A stretch of 64,000 nucleotides of DNA, taken from assembly GCF_964355755.1 (NCBI RefSeq), contig NC_092670.1, forward strand, positions 8,732,201 to 8,796,200, in the 5' to 3' direction. This document shows positions 1 through 12,689 of this stretch, in pieces. Position numbers and translations under genes: made by a program. The stretch is from Antedon mediterranea. Lineage: Eukaryota > Animalia > Echinodermata. Each line of letters starts with the position of its first letter. Position 1 is the stretch's first letter. The notes beneath the pieces are model-generated. The model did not search any database and was not told the origin of the DNA. It saw only the letters and a list, made by a program, of their open reading frames with translations.

Positions 1-612
1 GTCAGGGCAGGTATACGAATATGTACAGTGGAATCATACAATACCTGCCCTGAAGGATGACAAATAATAAATTTCTTATTTGTCATACGTCAGGGCAGGT
101 ATACGGCTATGTACAGTGGAATCATACAATACCTGCCCTGACGGCTGACAAATAATAAATGTCTTATTTGTCATATAGTCAGGGCAGGTATACGAATATG
201 TACAGTGGAATCATACAATACCTGCCCTGAAGGATGACAAATAATAAATTTCTTATTTGTCATACGTCAGGGCAGGTATACGAATATGTACAGTGGAATC
301 ATACAATACCTGCCCTGAAGGATGACAAATAATAAATGTCTTATTTGTCATACGTCAGGGCAGGTATACGGCTATGTACAGTGGAATCATACAATACCTG
401 CCCTGAAGGATGACAAATAATAAAAGTCTTATTTGTCATACGTCAGGGCAGGTATACGGATATGTACAGTGGAATCATACAATACCTGCCCTGAAGGATG
501 ACAAATAATAAATTTCTTATTTGTCATACGTCAGGGCAGGTATACGGCTACGGCTATGTACAGTGGAATCATACAATACCTGCCCTGAAGGATGACAAAT
601 AATAAATGTCAT
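1..612. repeat. 88-bp tandem satellite (~7 copies, probably continuing left of the window) built from a 27-bp motif in alternating orientation
   Basis: Units start at 1, 89, 178, 266, 354, 442 and 530. TTATTTGTCATACGTCAGGGCAGGTAT and ATACCTGCCCTGAAGGATGACAAATAA are near-perfect reverse complements. Confidence 0.95.
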
Positions 613-834
613 GTAATTTCATAATTTCATGTGTATTAGCCTATATAGCTGAGGAGGATGGTCTGGGAAAGCGATATATATACAGTATATAAGTAATACG
701 GTATAAAATAGCGAAGTGCGAGTAAATACTACATATGGCCGGACCGCAAGTAAAATACGATATATATATGATGACGTAGTAGATATCTACACATGCGTAG
801 AAGAACTCCTGGATTGGAGTAGGGAGTTAGATCC

Positions 835-1398
835 TTCCCCATGCTCAATGTTTTTGTTTCCATGGAGCGCCAAAAGAGGAACAATAATAGTACAAGCATA
901 AAAACAGAAAGAAAACGAAACAAAAAAACTTATCATGATTTTTAAATTAAAATTTATTTGCCAGTATTTATTTCTTCGTACTTGCATGATTATACTATTA
1001 TCATTACAATTTTAATTTTACATTGTTCCATCCACACTGTAGATGAACTCCACAGAGTTTTCAGCCCTCTATATAATTTTTGCTCTTTTGACGTTCCATA
1101 GAAACAAAAACATTGAACATGGGGTAGGCCTACTGTAGTACTGTAGGCTAGTCATTTTGTGTGCGAGAAAAACGTCTGTAAAATCATCAATTTAAAAATG
1201 TATTTGTTACTTTTTATGTGATTCTTTTTCATGAAAGTGCCAATTCTAAGGTGTGGTATTCAGAATAAATGTTGGGAGTTAAAATACAAGGCAGGTGCGA
1301 AAGATAAATATTTGTAATCTTAGGTGTTGGGTCTTACCTTTCGTTATCTTAGGTCTTAGGGGGTCTGAGCTTTCGTGGTCTGAGCTTTCGTGACACCC
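835..1398 (-). mobile_element. Partial copy of a MULE-like non-autonomous DNA transposon (one TIR)
   Basis: Reverse-complement match to 24222-24786. Ends in ...GTCTGAGCTTTCGTGACACCC at 1398, directly abutting the 56-bp satellite. Confidence 0.9.
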
Positions 1399-4300
1399 TA
1401 TTGTTCAGGTTCACATTGATAGGACCATGGAACTGGGTATTGTGTATTTGATACTATTGTTCAGGTTCACATTGATAGGACCATGGAACTGGGTATTGTG
1501 TATTTGATACTATTGTTCAGGTTCACATTGATAGGACCATGGAACTGGGTATTGTGTATTTGATACTATTGTTCAGGTTCACATTGATAGGACCATGGAA
1601 CTGGGTATTGTGTATTTGATACTATTGTTCAGGTTCACATTGATAGGACCATGGAACTGGGTATTGTGTATTTGATACTATTGTTCAAGTTCACATTGAT
1701 AGGACCATGGAACTGTGTATTGTGTATTTGATACTATTGTTCAAGTTCACATTGATAGGACCATGAAACTGGGTATTGTGTATTTGATACTATTGTTCAG
1801 GTTCACATTGATAGGACCATGGAACTGTGTATTGTGTATTTGATACTATTGTTCAAGTTCACATTGATAGGACCATGGAACTGTGTATTGTGTATTTGAT
1901 ACTATTGTTCAAGTTCACATTGATAGGACCATGAAACTGGGTATTGTGTATTTGATACTATTGTTCAGGTTCACATTGATAGGACCATGGAACTGTGTAT
2001 TGTGTATTTGATACTATTGTTCAAGTTCACATTGATAGGACCATGAAACTGGGTATTGTGTATTTGATACTATTGTTCAAGTTCACATTGATAGGACCAT
2101 GGAACTGGGTATTGTGTATTTGATACTATTGTTCAAGTTCACATTGATAGGACCATGAAACTGTGTATTGTGTATTTGATACTATTGTTCAAGTTCACAT
2201 TGATAGGACCATGGAACTGGGTATTGTGTATTTGATACTATTGTTCAGGTTCACATTGATAGGACCATGGAACTGTGTATTGTGTATTTGATACTATTGT
2301 TCAAGTTCACATTGATAGGACCATGAAACTGGGTATTGTGTATTTGATACTATTGTTCAAGTTCACATTGATAGGACCATGGAACTGGGTATTGTGTATT
2401 TGATACTATTGTTCAAGTTCACATTGATAGGACCATGGAACTGGGTATTGTGTATTTGATACTATTGTTCAGGTTCACATTGATAGGACCATGGAACTGG
2501 GTATTGTGTATTTGATACTATTGTTCAAGTTCACATTGATAGGACCATGGAACTGGGTATTGTGTATTTGATACTATTGTTCAGGTTCACATTGATAGGA
2601 CCATGAAACTGGGTATTGTGTATTTGATACTATTGTTCAAGTTCACATTGATAGGACCATGGAACTGGGTATTGTGTATTTGATACTATTGTTCAAGTTC
2701 ACATTGATAGGACCATGGAACTGGGTATTGTGTATTTGATACTATTGTTCAAGTTCACATTGATAGGACCATGGAACTGGGTATTGTGTATTTGATACTA
2801 TTGTTCAGGTTCACATTGATAGGACCATGAAACTGGGTATTGTGTATTTGATACTATTGTTCAAGTTCACATTGATAGGACCATGGAACTGGGTATTGTG
2901 TATTTGATACTATTGTTCAAGTTCACATTGATAGGACCATGGAACTGGGTATTGTGTATTTGATACTATTGTTCAAGTTCACATTGATAGGACCATGGAA
3001 CTGGGTATTGTGTATTTGATACTATTGTTCAAGTTCACATTGATAGGACCATGGAACTGTGTATTGTGTATTTGATACTATTGTTCAGGTTCACATTGAT
3101 AGGACCATGGAACTGGGTATTGTGTATTTGATACTATTGTTCAAGTTCACATTGATAGGACCATGAAACTGTGTATTGTGTATTTGATACTATTGTTCAG
3201 GTTCACATTGATAGGACCATGGAACTGGGTATTGTGTATTTGATACTATTGTTCAAGTTCACATTGATAGGACCATGAAACTGGGTATTGTGTATTTGAT
3301 ACTATTGTTCAAGTTCACATTGATAGGACCATGGAACTGGGTATTGTGTATTTGATACTATTGTTCAAGTTCACATTGATAGGACCATGGAACTGGGTAT
3401 TGTGTATTTGATACTATTGTTCAAGTTCACATTGATAGGACCATGGAACTGGGTATTGTGTATTTGATACTATTGTTCAAGTTCACATTGATAGGACCAT
3501 GGAACTGTGTATTGTGTATTTGATACTATTGTTCAGGTTCACATTGATAGGACCATGGAACTGGGTATTGTGTATTTGATACTATTGTTCAAGTTCACAT
3601 TGATAGGACCATGAAACTGTGTATTGTGTATTTGATACTATTGTTCAGGTTCACATTGATAGGACCATGGAACTGGGTATTGTGTATTTGATACTATTGT
3701 TCAAGTTCACATTGATAGGACCATGGAACTGTGTATTGTGTATTTGATACTATTGTTCAGGTTCACATTGATAGGACCATGGAACTGGGTATTGTGTATT
3801 TGATACTATTGTTCAAGTTCACATTGATAGGACCATGAAACTGGGTATTGTGTATTTGATACTATTGTTCAAGTTCACATTGATAGGACCATGGAACTGG
3901 GTATTGTGTATTTGATACTATTGTTCAAGTTCACATTGATAGGACCATGGAACTGGGTATTGTGTATTTGATACTATTGTTCAGGTTCACATTGATAGGA
4001 CCATGGAACTGGGTATTGTGTATTTGATACTATTGTTCAAGTTCACATTGATAGGACCATGGAACTGGGTATTGTGTATTTGATACTATTGTTCAGGTTC
4101 ACATTGATAGGACCATGAAACTGGGTATTGTGTATTTGATACTATTGTTCAAGTTCACATTGATAGGACCATGGAACTGGGTATTGTGTATTTGATACTA
4201 TTGTTCAGGTTCACATTGATAGGACCATGGAACTGGGTATTGTGTATTTGATACTATTGTTCAAGTTCACATTGATAGGACCATGGAACTGGGTATTGTG

Positions 4301-7300
4301 TATTTGATACTATTGTTCAGGTTCACATTGATAGGACCATGGAACTGGGTATTGTGTATTTGATACTATTGTTCAGGTTCACATTGATAGGACCATGGAA
4401 CTGTGTATTGTGTATTTGATACTATTGTTCAGGTTCACATTGATAGGACCATGAAACTGGGTATTGTGTATTTGATACTATTGTTCAGGTTCACATTGAT
4501 AGGACCATGGAACTGTGTATTGTGTATTTGATACTATTGTTCAAGTTCACATTGATAGGACCATGGAACTGGGTATTGTGTATTTGATACTATTGTTCAG
4601 GTTCACATTGATAGGACCATGAAACTGGGTATTGTGTATTTGATACTATTGTTCAAGTTCACATTGATAGGACCATGGAACTGGGTATTGTGTATTTGAT
4701 ACTATTGTTCAGGTTCACATTGATAGGACCATGGAACTGGGTATTGTGTATTTGATACTATTGTTCAAGTTCACATTGATAGGACCATGAAACTGGGTAT
4801 TGTGTATTTGATACTATTGTTCAAGTTCACATTGATAGGACCATGGAACTGGGTATTGTGTATTTGATACTATTGTTCAAGTTCACATTGATAGGACCAT
4901 GGAACTGGGTATTGTGTATTTGATACTATTGTTCAGGTTCACATTGATAGGACCATGAAACTGGGTATTGTGTATTTGATACTATTGTTCAAGTTCACAT
5001 TGATAGGACCATGAAACTGGGTATTGTGTATTTGATACTATTGTTCAGGTTCACATTGATAGGACCATGGAACTGGGTATTGTGTATTTGATACTATTGT
5101 TCAAGTTCACATTGATAGGACCATGGAACTGGGTATTGTGTATTTGATACTATTGTTCAGGTTCACATTGATAGGACCATGGAACTGGGTATTGTGTATT
5201 TGATACTATTGTTCAAGTTCACATTGATAGGACCATGGAACTGGGTATTGTGTATTTGATACTATTGTTCAAGTTCACATTGATAGGACCATGGAACTGG
5301 GTATTGTGTATTTGATACTATTGTTCAGGTTCACATTGATAGGACCATGGAACTGGGTATTGTGTATTTGATACTATTGTTCAGGTTCACATTGATAGGA
5401 CCATGGAACTGGGTATTGTGTATTTGATACTATTGTTCAAGTTCACATTGATAGGACCATGGAACTGGGTATTGTGTATTTGATACTATTGTTCAGGTTC
5501 ACATTGATAGGACCATGGAACTGTGTATTGTGTATTTGATACTATTGTTCAAGTTCACATTGATAGGACCATGGAACTGGGTATTGTGTATTTGATACTA
5601 TTGTTCAAGTTCACATTGATAGGACCATGAAACTGGGTATTGTGTATTTGATACTATTGTTCAAGTTCACATTGATAGGACCATGGAACTGGGTATTGTG
5701 TATTTGATACTATTGTTCAGGTTCACATTGATAGGACCATGGAACTGTGTATTGTGTATTTGATACTATTGTTCAAGTTCACATTGATAGGACCATGGAA
5801 CTGGGTATTGTGTATTTGATACTATTGTTCAGGTTCACATTGATAGGACCATGGAACTGTGTATTGTGTATTTGATACTATTGTTCAAGTTCACATTGAT
5901 AGGACCATGGAACTGGGTATTGTGTATTTGATACTATTGTTCAAGTTCACATTGATAGGACCATGAAACTTGGTATTGTGTATTTGATACTATTGTTCAA
6001 GTTCACATTGATAGGACCATGGAACTGGGTATTGTGTATTTGATACTATTGTTCAAGTTCACATTGATAGGACCATGAAACTGGGTATTGTGTATTTGAT
6101 ACTATTGTTCAAGTTCACATTGATAGGACCATGGAACTGGGTATTGTGTATTTGATACTATTGTTCAGGTTCACATTGATAGGACCATGAAACTGGGTAT
6201 TGTGTATTTGATACTATTGTTCAAGTTCACATTGATAGGACCATGGAACTGGGTATTGTGTATTTGATACTATTGTTCAAGTTCACATTGATAGGACCAT
6301 GGAACTGTGTATTGTGTATTTGATACTATTGTTCAAGTTCACATTGATAGGACCATGGAACTGGGTATTGTGTATTTGATACTATTGTTCAGGTTCACAT
6401 TGATAGGACCATGAAACTGGGTATTGTGTATTTGATACTATTGTTCAAGTTCACATTGATAGGACCATGAAACTGGGTATTGTGTATTTGATACTATTGT
6501 TCAGGTTCACATTGATAGGACCATGAAACTGGGTATTGTGTATTTGATACTATTGTTCAAGTTCACATTGATAGGACCATGAAACTGGGTATTGTGTATT
6601 TGATACTATTGTTCAAGTTCACATTGATAGGACCATGAAACTGGGTATTGTGTATTTGATACTATTGTTCAAGTTCACATTGATAGGACCATGAAACTGT
6701 GTATTGTGTATTTGATACTATTGTTCAAGTTCACATTGATAGGACCATGAAACTGGGTATTGTGTATTTGATACTATTGTTCAAGTTCACATTGATAGGA
6801 CCATGAAACTGTGTATTGTGTATTTGATACTATTGTTCAGGTTCACATTGATAGGACCATGAAACTGGGTATTGTGTATTTGATACTATTGTTCAAGTTC
6901 ACATTGATAGGACCATGGAACTGGGTATTGTGTATTTGATACTATTGTTCAAGTTCACATTGATAGGACCATGGAACTGGGTATTGTGTATTTGATACTA
7001 TTGTTCAGGTTCACATTGATAGGACCATGGAACTGGGTATTGTGTATTTGATACTATTGTTCAGGTTCACATTGATAGGACCATGGAACTGGGTATTGTG
7101 TATTTGATACTATTGTTCAAGTTCACATTGATAGGACCATGAAACTGGGTATTGTGTATTTGATACTATTGTTCAGGTTCACATTGATAGGACCATGGAA
7201 CTGGGTATTGTGTATTTGATACTATTGTTCAAGTTCACATTGATAGGACCATGGAACTGGGTATTGTGTATTTGATACTATTGTTCAAGTTCACATTGAT

Positions 7301-10300
7301 AGGACCATGGAACTGGGTATTGTGTATTTGATACTATTGTTCAGGTTCACATTGATAGGACCATGGAACTGGGTATTGTGTATTTGATACTATTGTTCAG
7401 GTTCACATTGATAGGACCATGGAACTGGGTATTGTGTATTTGATACTATTGTTCAAGTTCACATTGATAGGACCATGAAACTGGGTATTGTGTATTTGAT
7501 ACTATTGTTCAGGTTCACATTGATAGGACCATGGAACTGGGTATTGTGTATTTGATACTATTGTTCAGGTTCACATTGATAGGACCATGGAACTGGGTAT
7601 TGTGTATTTGATACTATATTGTTCAAGTTCACATTGATAGGACCATGGAACTGGGTATTGTGTATTTGATACTATATTGTTCAAGTTCACATTGATAGGA
7701 CCATGGAACTGGGTATTGTGTATTTGATACTATTGTTCAAGTTCACATTGATAGGACCATGAAACTGGGTATTGTGTATTTGATACTATTGTTCAAGTTC
7801 ACATTGATAGGACCATGGAACTGTGTATTGTGTATTTGATACTATTGTTCAAGTTCACATTGATAGGACCATGGAACTGGGTATTGTGTATTTGATACTA
7901 TTGTTCAAGTTCACATTGATAGGACCATGGAACTGGGTATTGTGTATTTGATACTATTGTTCAAGTTCACATTGATAGGACCATGGAACTGGGTATTGTG
8001 TATTTGATACTATTGTTCAGGTTCACATTGATAGGACCATGGAACTGGGTATTGTGTATTTGATACTATTGTTCAGGTTCACATTGATAGGACCATGGAA
8101 CTGTGTATTGTGTATTTGATACTATTGTTCAGGTTCACATTGATAGGACCATGGAACTGTGTATTGTGTATTTGATACTATTGTTCAAGTTCACATTGAT
8201 AGGACCATGGAACTGGGTATTGTGTATTTGATACTATTGTTCAAGTTCACATTGATAGGACCATGGAACTGGGTATTGTGTATTTGATACTATTGTTCAG
8301 GTTCACATTGATAGGACCATGGAACTGGGTATTGTGTATTTGATACTATTGTTCAGGTTCACATTGATAGGACCATGAAACTGGGTATTGTGTATTTGAT
8401 ACTATTGTTCAGGTTCACATTGATAGGACCATGGAACTGGGTATTGTGTATTTGATACTATTGTTCAGGTTCACATTGATAGGACCATGAAACTGGGTAT
8501 TGTGTATTTGATACTATTGTTCAGGTTCACATTGATAGGACCATGGAACTGGGTATTGTGTATTTGATACTATTGTTCAAGTTCACATTGATAGGACCAT
8601 GGAACTGGGTATTGTGTATTTGATACTATTGTTCAAGTTCACATTGATAGGACCATGGAACTGGGTATTGTGTATTTGATACTATTGTTCAAGTTCACAT
8701 TGATAGGACCATGGAACTGGGTATTGTGTATTTGATACTATTGTTCAAGTTCACATTGATAGGACCATGAAACTGGGTATTGTGTATTTGATACTATTGT
8801 TCAGGTTCACATTGATAGGACCATGAAACTGGGTATTGTGTATTTGATACTATTGTTCAGGTTCACATTGATAGGACCATGAAACTGGGTATTGTGTATT
8901 TGATACTATTGTTCAGGTTCACATTGATAGGACCATGGAACTGGGTATTGTGTATTTGATACTATTGTTCAGGTTCACATTGATAGGACCATGAAACTGT
9001 GTATTGTGTATTTGATACTATTGTTCAGGTTCACATTGATAGGACCATGAAACTGTGTATTGTGTATTTGATACTATTGTTCAGGTTCACATTGATAGGA
9101 CCATGGAACTGGGTATTGTGTATTTGATACTATTGTTCAGGTTCACATTGATAGGACCATGGAACTGGGTATTGTGTATTTGATACTATTGTTCAAGTTC
9201 ACATTGATAGGACCATGGAACTGGGTATTGTGTATTTGATACTATTGTTCAGGTTCACATTGATAGGACCATGGAACTGGGTATTGTGTATTTGATACTA
9301 TTGTTCAAGTTCACATTGATAGGACCATGGAACTGGGTATTGTGTATTTGATACTATTGTTCAGGTTCACATTGATAGGACCATGGAACTGGGTATTGTG
9401 TATTTGATACTATTGTTCAAGTTCACATTGATAGGACCATGAAACTGTGTATTGTGTATTTGATACTATTGTTCAAGTTCACATTGATAGGACCATGGAA
9501 CGGGGTATTGTGTATTTGATACTATTGTTCAAGTTCACATTGATAGGACCATGAAACTGGGTATTGTGTATTTGATACTATTGTTCAGGTTCACATTGAT
9601 AGGACCATGGAACTGTGTATTGTGTATTTGATACTATTGTTCAGGTTCACATTGATAGGACCATGGAACTGGGTATTGTGTATTTGATACTATTGTTCAG
9701 GTTCACATTGATAGGACCATGGAACTGGGTATTGTGTATTTGATACTATTGTTCAGGTTCACATTGATAGGACCATGGAACTGTGTATTGTGTATTTGAT
9801 ACTATTGTTCAAGTTCACATTGATAGGACCATGAAACTGGGTATTGTGTATTTGATACTATTGTTCAAGTTCACATTGATAGGACCATGAAACTGGGTAT
9901 TGTGTATTTGATACTATTGTTCAGGTTCACATTGATAGGACCATGGAACTGGGTATTGTGTATTTGATACTATTGTTCAGGTTCACATTGATAGGACCAT
10001 GAAACTGGGTATTGTGTATTTGATACTATTGTTCAAGTTCACATTGATAGGACCATGGAACTGGGTATTGTGTATTTGATACTATTGTTCAAGTTCACAT
10101 TGATAGGACCATGGAACTGTGTATTGTGTATTTGATACTATTGTTCAGGTTCACATTGATAGGACCATGAAACTGGGTATTGTGTATTTGATACTATTGT
10201 TCAGGTTCACATTGATAGGACCATGGAACTTGGTATTGTGTATTTGATACTATTGTTCAAGTTCACATTGATAGGACCATGGAACTGGGTATTGTGTATT

Positions 10301-11123
10301 TGATACTATTGTTCAAGTTCACATTGATAGGACCATGGAACTGGGTATTGTGTATTTGATACTATTGTTCAAGTTCACATTGATAGGACCATGGAACTGG
10401 GTATTGTGTATTTGATACTATTGTTCAAGTTCACATTGATAGGACCATGAAACTGGGTATTGTGTATTTGATACTATTGTTCAGGTTCACATTGATAGGA
10501 CCATGGAACTGGGTATTGTGTATTTGATACTATTGTTCAGGTTCACATTGATAGGACCATGAAACTGGGTATTGTGTATTTGATACTATTGTTCAAGTTC
10601 ACATTGATAGGACCATGAAACTGGGTATTGTGTATTTGATACTATTGTTCAGGTTCACATTGATAGGACCATGGAACTGGGTATTGTGTATTTGATACTA
10701 TTGTTCAAGTTCACATTGATAGGACCATGGAACTGGGTATTGTGTATTTGATACTATTGTTCAAGTTCACATTGATAGGACCATGAAACTGGGTATTGTG
10801 TATTTGATACTATTGTTCAGGTTCACATTGATAGGACCATGGAACTGGGTATTGTGTATTTGATACTATTGTTCAAGTTCACATTGATAGGACCATGAAA
10901 CTGGGTATTGTGTATTTGATACTATTGTTCAGGTTCACATTGATAGGACCATGGAACTGGGTATTGTGTATTTGATACTATTGTTCAAGTTCACATTGAT
11001 AGGACCATGAAACTGGGTATTGTGTATTTGATACTATTGTTCAGGTTCACATTGATAGGACCATGGAACTGGGTATTGTGTATTTGATACTATTGTTCAG
11101 GTTCACATTGATAGGACCATGGA
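1399..11123. repeat. 56-bp tandem satellite, ~173 copies
   Basis: Unit TATTGTTCARGTTCACATTGATAGGACCATGRAACTGKGTATTGTGTATTTGATAC. Starts at 1399, 1455, 1511 ... 11091; two 2-bp insertions near 7617 and 7675. Confidence 0.99.
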
Positions 11124-11144
11124 GCTATAGCTCCATGATAGGAC
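11111..11144. mobile_element. Putative P-superfamily excision footprint (20-bp palindrome plus 7-bp TSD)
   Basis: ATAGGAC-CATGGAGCTATAGCTCCATG-ATAGGAC. CA...TG termini and 7-8 bp TSDs are typical of P elements. Confidence 0.55.
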
Positions 11145-12404
11145 TTTGTTTCTGGTTTATTATTAAAATGTATACTGTAGTCATGAATTACTAACGACCA
11201 AATTGTTAGCAAGATTGTTGATCGGCTATTAGTGTGGCCTAGGAACTCAAGTTCCCATTGTCCATTGTTGTCGATTTTCAGGTTCTGTAAAAATCGGAGC
11301 TAATAATAAGATTTAAACAGCAAACTTTTGATTGACCAATTTATTTAATGTTTTTATTTCGAGAAAGGTATAATGTTATACAATATCAAAAAAAAGTGTT
11401 TCAGATTATGGTTATTGTCACATTGAAAAATCAGATGTTATAGGCCTATATTATATCTCCCTACTATGTGATTGAAAAGAAACACAGACTGTTGCTATGT
11501 ATTCTAACATTCAGTAATTCTAATCAATAGGATCGTTTGTACTATCTCGAAGATGACTACTAACATATACGATATAACAAACTATTGTGGGATACATATG
11601 TGTTACCTGTTTAGGTTAGATAAAGAAAACAGAACAGTTTTTAAAAACTAAATAATTTGTTACTTACGTCAGATTTTGTAATTTAAAAACAAATTATAAA
11701 ACAGCACATATTGAGAAGCACGTGATAACTATCTCTAATTGTTGATTGGCCGATTTTTAAATCAATATAAAGCAATACAATAATACAAAGGATACAATAT
11801 ACTGTATAAAATAATGTAGAATAACGAATAAACAGTCGGTGATGACGTGTATCCCTTCAGTAAATATGGTGAATGCAGTATACAATACAAGGATATAATA
11901 TGTCTAGACGAATGCCAAATACAATAGATAGTTATTAGGCCTTCTTATTGTATCCCACAACAAATAGTCAATTGTTCAGTAGACTTGGTAATAAGGGATA
12001 TTTATCTGTCAATACTTGTAATATTTTTTGCATTAGCATAAATGACTCCCTACACTGGCTACATATTGTACTATAGGCCTACGATACTTGTAGTGATGAA
12101 GTTAAATTAAACTGAAACATTATTTAACATTTTTGTCTTTTCTTTGCTTTATTGCATCCCATCCTCCACTCTCCATACTGTATCTTAATTCAGTATTATT
12201 ATTATTATTATACCATTATATATTCACTAAAAGTTATACATAATAATAGAATAGTTACAACTTGACGAATAATAAAAATGTTTTATTATTATTATTATTC
12301 AAAATAACACAATTCAGTAATAGGTATGTACATGTACATGTATATAATGTACGTAACGGCTAATTAAGATTAGCCTAAGTGTTGTTTTTTTATTATTTGT
12401 ATAA

Positions 12405-12530
12405 TGTAAAGAGGGACTACATCGACAGGCCCATCGGGCCTTTTGTAGTCTCTCGACTATATATATTATATGCAAACCATTGTTAATGTTATACCATTTT
12501 TGGTCAATAAATGTTTAAATTGAATTGAAT
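12405..12530 (+). mobile_element. 3' tail of a heavily 5'-truncated LINE (L2/Crack type)
   Basis: Stem-loop GAGGGACTACA..GGCCC..GGGCC..TGTAGTCTCTC, then AATAAA and a short (TTGAA)n tail. Confidence 0.45.
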
Positions 12531-12689
12531 ACATTAGTTTGGGCATTTCCAATTTCTTATGGCTAGGGCATCAACCAATAATTCAGTGATACATAACGGT
12601 ATTTAACAGTAGTTAACATCTCAGGATTCTCCACATGTCCAAAAGATCTTATTATCACACGACAGACCACCACACCATCGAGTCTTTCA

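Noticed and set aside
1-612. Hammerhead ribozyme or retrozyme repeat (CTGAAGGA followed by a hairpin)
   Set aside because: The CUGANGA box is imperfect and no GAAA follows stem II on either strand.
1399-11123. CRISPR-like array
   Set aside because: No unique spacers, no cas genes and a eukaryotic context; it is a head-to-tail satellite.
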